DNA from: Vulcanimicrobiota bacterium
Lineage (GTDB): Bacteria > Vulcanimicrobiota > Vulcanimicrobiia > Vulcanimicrobiales > Vulcanimicrobiaceae
Reading direction: 5' to 3'
Assembly: GCA_963714015.1 (NCBI GenBank)
Contig: OY970223.1
Coordinates: 1,664,001 to 1,728,000 of the forward strand
Length of the DNA stretch: 64,000 bases
Shown here piece by piece: positions 62,243-64,000 of this stretch. Each line of letters starts with the position of its first letter. Within the stretch, counting starts at the first letter, position 1. The notes beneath the pieces are model-generated. The model saw only the letters and a program-made list of their open reading frames with translations, had not been told where the DNA came from and made no database searches. Position numbers and translations under genes: made by a program.

Positions 62243-62813
62243 GCGTAATTCTTTAACTGTAGTATTGTTTGCAGCCGCAGCCCTGCCCCTCAGCGCAATT
62301 GCCGCGATGCAAACGTGGACCGTCGACCCTGTGCACTCTACCGCCCAGTTCACAGCTCGGCATTTCGGAATCGTCCCGGTGATCGGAACCATTCCGATTC
62401 AATCAGCGGCCGTCAAACTCAACGAGGGGAGCCCGATCCCCGTATCAGTTTCCGCCATTCTCGATCCGACGCAGCTCGATACGCACAATTCGATGCGCGA
62501 CGGCGATCTCCGATCCGACCATTTTTTCGACGTTACGACGTATCCGGCAATGACCTTCAGCAGTACCAAGATAACCGGCACCGATCCTAAACAGTTCACG
62601 ATTCAAGGCGACCTGACGATGCGCGGCCAGTCGCATCCCGTAACCCTTGCTGCTCAAGTCATCGCTTCGGGAAAATCACCGAAGGGCCGTGAAATTATTG
62701 CATACGGTGCCACGGGTACCATCGATCGCACCCAATGGGGCATGACGTTCGGGCCGATGATCGTCGGCAACAGTGTCGACATCTCCTTGAATATCGAGGC
62801 CGACGGACCGTAG
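62241..62813 (+). CDS. YceI family protein
   Basis: WTVDPVHS, RDGDLRS.HFFD...YP, GDLTMRG, IDRTQWG. Confidence 0.93.
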   Translation: MRNSLTVVLFAAAALPLSAIAAMQTWTVDPVHSTAQFTARHFGIVPVIGTIPIQSAAVKLNEGSPIPVSVSAILDPTQLDTHNSMRDGDLRSDHFFDVTTYPAMTFSSTKITGTDPKQFTIQGDLTMRGQSHPVTLAAQVIASGKSPKGREIIAYGATGTIDRTQWGMTFGPMIVGNSVDISLNIEADGP

Positions 62814-62821
62814 GGTGGATG

Positions 62822-63415
62822 CTAGCCTGGAAGCTCTTTGAATGACTGCTTCACGCGATACTCGCTGAGCGGATAGCGTGAGCGCAAATTAGCCCACTGA
62901 TTGGGTAATTCGTCGCTATTCGGATCCCGCCGGTAGCGCACGACACCCAGATAGTATTGCGCTTCCGGTGCGGCGTAACTCGTCGAAAATCTCGCAAGCA
63001 CGTCGGCATAGCACCGTTCGGCTTCGTCCCAACGCTTCAATCGGAGGAAACTCATCGCGAAGCCGCATTGAATGCGCGCAGCAAACTCGAAGGGCGGCAG
63101 AAATCCGTCCCAACGGTAGAGTTCGTAGCCGTCGGTGTGGACGATCCGCACGTCCGGCGTCCAAATATGATGGATCGCGTGCAGCAATCGTTGGCTTTCG
63201 GACTTGGAGTTGTCTATCTGCACCGGAATCGCATGCGCTAAAATCGTTTCTCGAACTAAGTCTTGCGGATACGTCACGGTATCCAGCGCGTGGCATCCCC
63301 CTCAACCAGGATTGAATACGTCGAGCAAGACGAACTTGCGCTCCGTCTTCGCCCTTTCTAGAGCAGCTTCGTAGTCGTGCTCCCAAGGAATGTCCGTTCT
63401 GCTTTGCGTTTCCAT
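62822..63415 (-). CDS. Thioredoxin-fold + TPR probable selenoprotein (U-G-G-C), 197 aa
   Basis: ATG 63415 METQSRTDIPWEHDYEAALERAKTERKFVLLDVFNPG-TGA-GGCHALDTVTY continues in frame into ORF 62822-63277. Confidence 0.82.
63265..63287 (-). other. Candidate bacterial SECIS hairpin
   Basis: GC-U-GGAUAC-(CGUGAC)-GUAUCC-GC starting 15 nt after the UGA. Confidence 0.65.
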
Positions 63416-63596
63416 AGGGCCAGACTAGCACATCCGAGCTCCGGTTCGGCAAAGAATGGTCTTGAATGTGCGGTAAGGCAAGCGAACCAGCTCTTGCCGC
63501 CGCAGTGGTCGCCAGCAATTTTCATTCCATTCTCAGCGGACTGTGCTATGGTTGACTGACGGGCGAACGCTCACGTCATGCCGGTAGGTGCGCACG

Positions 63597-64000
63597 ATGA
63601 TTATTGAGCCCAGGAAGACCGCGGAGGAAATCGACCGCCGTCTCTCCGCATTCACCGACCCCGCTTTAGCGGATTTGCTTGAAGATCTCAAGCGCGGGTT
63701 CGCCGGCGACGACAGCGAGAGTTATACGTCTGCGTCCGCCCCCTATTGGAGGCGGCGGATCGGTTTCGTCGCTCTTGCCGGCTTGTTTGCCCTCTCTGCC
63801 GGGTACGCAAGCATTGCGACGGCGTCGCATACTGCTCTCCGGGCTAAGCCTCGAGCCGCGGCCGCGATTCCGGCGCCGCGGCATCGAAAAGCGGCGATTC
63901 GCCGGCTCGTCGTAAAGCGCAAGACCGCTCTTGCGAAGGCGATCGTGACGCCGGCGATCCATGCCGCTCCGGCCGCAGCTCAGAATGAGGCGCTAGTGCG
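63597..64000 (+). CDS. Hypothetical single-TM Ala/Pro/Arg-rich protein (partial, runs off the window)
   Basis: MIIEPRKTAEEIDRRLSAFTDP...IGFVALAGLFALSAGY; appears open to the window end. Confidence 0.6.
   Translation, partial: MIIEPRKTAEEIDRRLSAFTDPALADLLEDLKRGFAGDDSESYTSASAPYWRRRIGFVALAGLFALSAGYASIATASHTALRAKPRAAAAIPAPRHRKAAIRRLVVKRKTALAKAIVTPAIHAAPAAAQNEALV

Overview
GC-rich (roughly 60%, judged by eye) bacterial chromosomal segment with about 60 densely packed genes. I recognised no rRNA, tRNA, CRISPR array or transposase. Outer-membrane proteins, many lipoproteins and P-S-P-rich secreted proteins suggest a diderm soil bacterium, possibly Ca. Eremiobacterota (inference only). Content in order: MocR regulator, amtB, GAF-PP2C/STAS, CPBP and S9 peptidases, a TetR-associated DUF1326-DUF2182-hydrolase/glycosyltransferase operon, a diguanylate cyclase, DUF899/YciI/ECF42 and ECF41/DoxX sigma modules, UDP-sugar enzymes, a BlaI-M56-repeat protein-DUF5916 operon, BNR hydrolases, an FAD/Fe-S oxidoreductase with a PoxB-like enzyme, a SoxR-SDR-QueA-like unit, TonB receptor, transglutaminase, XdhC, a small lipopeptide plus TPR-LuxR pair, YceI and a UxxC thioredoxin-like probable selenoprotein with a candidate SECIS. 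About 14 single-base frameshifts in otherwise intact genes point to sequencing or assembly indel errors. The most notable candidates are the lipopeptide/TPR-LuxR signalling module, the selenoprotein missed by the ORF track, the BlaI/M56 system sharing a helical repeat with its downstream secreted protein, the SoxR-driven QueA-like operon, and apparent ATC/ATT start codons.
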